The notes under the pieces were generated by a model. It did not search any database and had not been told where the DNA came from. It worked only from the letters and a program-made list of their open reading frames with translations. Of a stretch of 64,000 bases of DNA, positions 61,489-64,000 are shown one piece after another. Source of the DNA: Hypanus sabinus. Lineage: Eukaryota. Within the stretch, counting starts at the first letter, position 1, and each line of letters opens with the position of its first letter. The DNA lies in assembly GCF_030144855.1 (NCBI RefSeq), contig NC_082721.1:35154001-35218000 (forward strand), given 5' to 3'. The position numbers and the translations under genes are program-made.

Positions 61489-62459
61489 TACGAGCTTTTG
61501 GTTTATCTCCCTCCTCTCTTTTCTCAGCTCTCACACTCCCATTCCTTGTTGGTGCATGAGGCAGACTGCCTTACTGTCTGCAGCAAAGACCTTTCTCTGT
61601 CAGTGCCAGAGTTATATCCTGCATATTTTAATATTCAATCAGATCTGAACTCACTTAAAGCCAATCCACTGCCACTAAACACATTCAGTCCTAGTGCTCT
61701 GTAGGATAGATGGTATAAATAACAATCACACTTTACTTGTGCATCTTAAAAATACAGCTATTATTTGTACAAATGAAATGGGATATTTAACACTGTACAA
61801 TGCAAACCTCCTTAAACTCAGACTTCCATTGATAGAATCATGGGACAAAAGTCCTGAGGCACAGGAATAATCTTCCAGAATTTGCTGCCATTGAGAATGT
61901 CTCTAGGCAGGTAGAGATTTTATCAGGCATCTTTTGTTTTACTTATAAATCAATCTTTTGCTGCAGTGTGGATGAATGAAGTCAAGGTTGCGGCTTTGTG
62001 GTGAATTGAAAAATAGTGAAGCCAAGTTATTTATTACCACCCTCATGGCTCAGTTCATTGATGCCCTCCCCTGTTAATACGAATTCACATCTGGACCAAA
62101 AGGCATAGTACTCAATGAACTGTGGTCTTACATGGTAGTACTGCCATTGCCATCAGCATTTCTACACAGGGAAGTGAAAATAATTTTTAAAAATCAGCAA
62201 CTGCAACAGCTTGCTGCTCTTAATCACTGTCACTCTACGTATACAGGTGAGAACAGTGTTGACAACTAGAAAATGAAGCACCAAAAACCCATTCAGATCC
62301 TTGTGCCTAATCTATTATTCAATAAAGCATGGCTGTTCTTCTGCTTCAGAACTACGTTGCTGTACCAAGTCTCTTATTATCTAAACATCGATCAGTCTCT
62401 GGCTTGGATCTACTCACTGAACTTCCATGGCCTTTCTGAAGAGAGTTCCACAGACTCAG

Positions 62460-62577
62460 TGTCCTCTGGAGGATATGGGCCAGGTGCAGGTCAGTGGGAC
62501 TAGGCAGAAAAATGGTTTGGCACAGCCAAGAAGGGCCAAAAGGCCTGTTTCTGTGCTGTAATGTTCTATGGTTCTAA
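62460..62577 (+). mobile_element. CR1 3' tail, followed by a reverse non-autonomous element remnant to ~62950
   Basis: ggaggatatgggccaggtgcaggtcagtgggactagg..ggcctgtttctgtgctgtaatgttctatggttcta. Confidence 0.8.
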
Positions 62578-63623
62578 AGACCATGACCACTGTGAAGAGA
62601 AAGAAGGGAAAAAGCACACACATCATGCAAACAATAATCGCAAACGACAGCTTTCTGAAGCAGATTGAGTCCTTAGATCTGCTTTCCAGAGCAGCCACAG
62701 TAGGCCCAAGCCTCAATCTCAGTTCATCATGTTAGCAGGGCAAAAATGGCACGAAACTCGCAGAGGCGAATGGAGAGTGGAATGAACATCGCGGGAAATC
62801 AGCCCCACCCTTGCCTCCACACTCGGGCTTTCCAGTCTACCTCAGCTGGTGTTTAAATTGTCTAAGCACTAGGTAGTTCTTTGCTTCAGGACCTGGGTCC
62901 TGGTGCAGTGACACACCCAGGCTGCCTAGACCCTGCTACCTCGATGGATGTTGTCCAGTCTCAAGAAGATTGTCTGGCCTACAATTTGAAGTACTTGCTT
63001 TAATAGATGTCAAAACCGAGAATGAATCAGAGAATCAGAGAATGAATGAGAACACAGAAATATATAATCAGGGTGTACTTTTCTGGCCAGTTCCAAGACT
63101 AAAATGATAGCAACCACCTTCAATGTGAATACTGATACTTTGTCTGATAATCTTTTCTTAATAGTCACCCAAAACTTTGGAAGATAAACAAAACAATGAA
63201 TGACCTATTTCTGGATCATTTGAGCCACCTTTATAGATATGTAATAAGGCATAATATCTGTCCTGCATATATTGCTGAGTTACCTGCACCACTGATATAC
63301 AATCAATCTTCATCTTGATCATTTTTAAAGGTTTCCTTAAATCAACCACAGGCAAAGGAAAAACCATGGAGGAGTGATAAAAGGGAGTATATTGGGACCA
63401 TTTTCCACATTAAACACCCCAAGATTTTCTATCCATTTATTTCCCATCCACGCAGACCTTATGAATGAAGTGCTTCCAACACTCTAACACTCTTCTAATG
63501 TTGGCAAGTTTATGCCATCTTCTGTTAACCCAATAAACCATTGCTAACAGCAGCCTGTATAAATGTAAAGGTAATTCACCCATTTCTACCAGTAATGCCG
63601 AAATTGGAGATGATTTCCCGTTT

Positions 63624-64000
63624 AAAATGGCGCTACTGAAGTTGTGTGGCAGTGTACCGGCAATTCAGAAAGCAAGATATATGGTTGCAAGCATTACGAA
63701 TAACATCTTTTCTGAAGTAAATTGTGGTTGACTATCACCGCCAACAATGAAGAAGCAAGTGAAGGTGAAACTGATTTAAAGGATGAGCTGTACTGGTGTA
63801 TTGTAAAGCTGGAACACAACGTGTTCAAGACATGGTCACAGACAGAGTTGGCATCGCTAGTGCTATTGGAGTGAATGATTTGGAGAGAGGTCAATGCGGA
63901 AGAGTTTCGATGCCCATTCACCTAACCCGGGTGTGAGGTTGGATCGCCACAAGCACTGAGCCAATTTGGTGAGATCGAGAACGGCTTTGGGCTGTGCAGC
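63624..64000 (+). mobile_element. Possible 5' part of another AAATGGCG-headed non-autonomous element (runs off the window)
   Basis: Starts aaaatggcgctactgaag, like the heads at 34037 and 35374; GC/CpG rises towards the window end; no 3' end visible. Confidence 0.3.

Noticed and set aside
63694-63921. 75-aa minus-strand ORF as an upstream exon of the Largen-like gene
   Set aside because: No family similarity, no supporting splice donor, and exon 1 already has its own ATG with an upstream in-frame stop.

Overview
Vertebrate genomic DNA, most likely a cartilaginous fish (ray/shark; inferred from the repeat repertoire of CR1, Rex/Babar, V-type SINEs, Penelope, Tc1, Tigger and Gypsy, not from a search). 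One host gene is well supported: a two-coding-exon, minus-strand PRR16/Largen-family gene (exon 1 CDS 61488-61345, ~33.5 kb phase-0 intron, exon 2 CDS 27834-27163; 271 aa). It appears to be a divergent paralogue lacking the family's RVRF...YH block. A possible 3' end of a second, unidentified plus-strand gene lies near 16 kb. Most of the rest is transposable-element debris, often nested several layers deep. Main points of interest: (i) Penelope-like elements carrying minimal hammerhead ribozymes, including a young fold-back copy whose only core-intact hammerhead is on the sense strand of the Largen-like intron; (ii) a consensus splice donor 104 nt after the Largen-like stop codon (possible 3'UTR intron / NMD control); (iii) a near-complete Gypsy provirus with a tRNA-Trp PBS whose 5' LTR has kept its CpGs while the 3' LTR has decayed. 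Most short ORFs in the supplied track are TE fragments or noise. Boundaries of old elements are approximate and all counts were made by eye.
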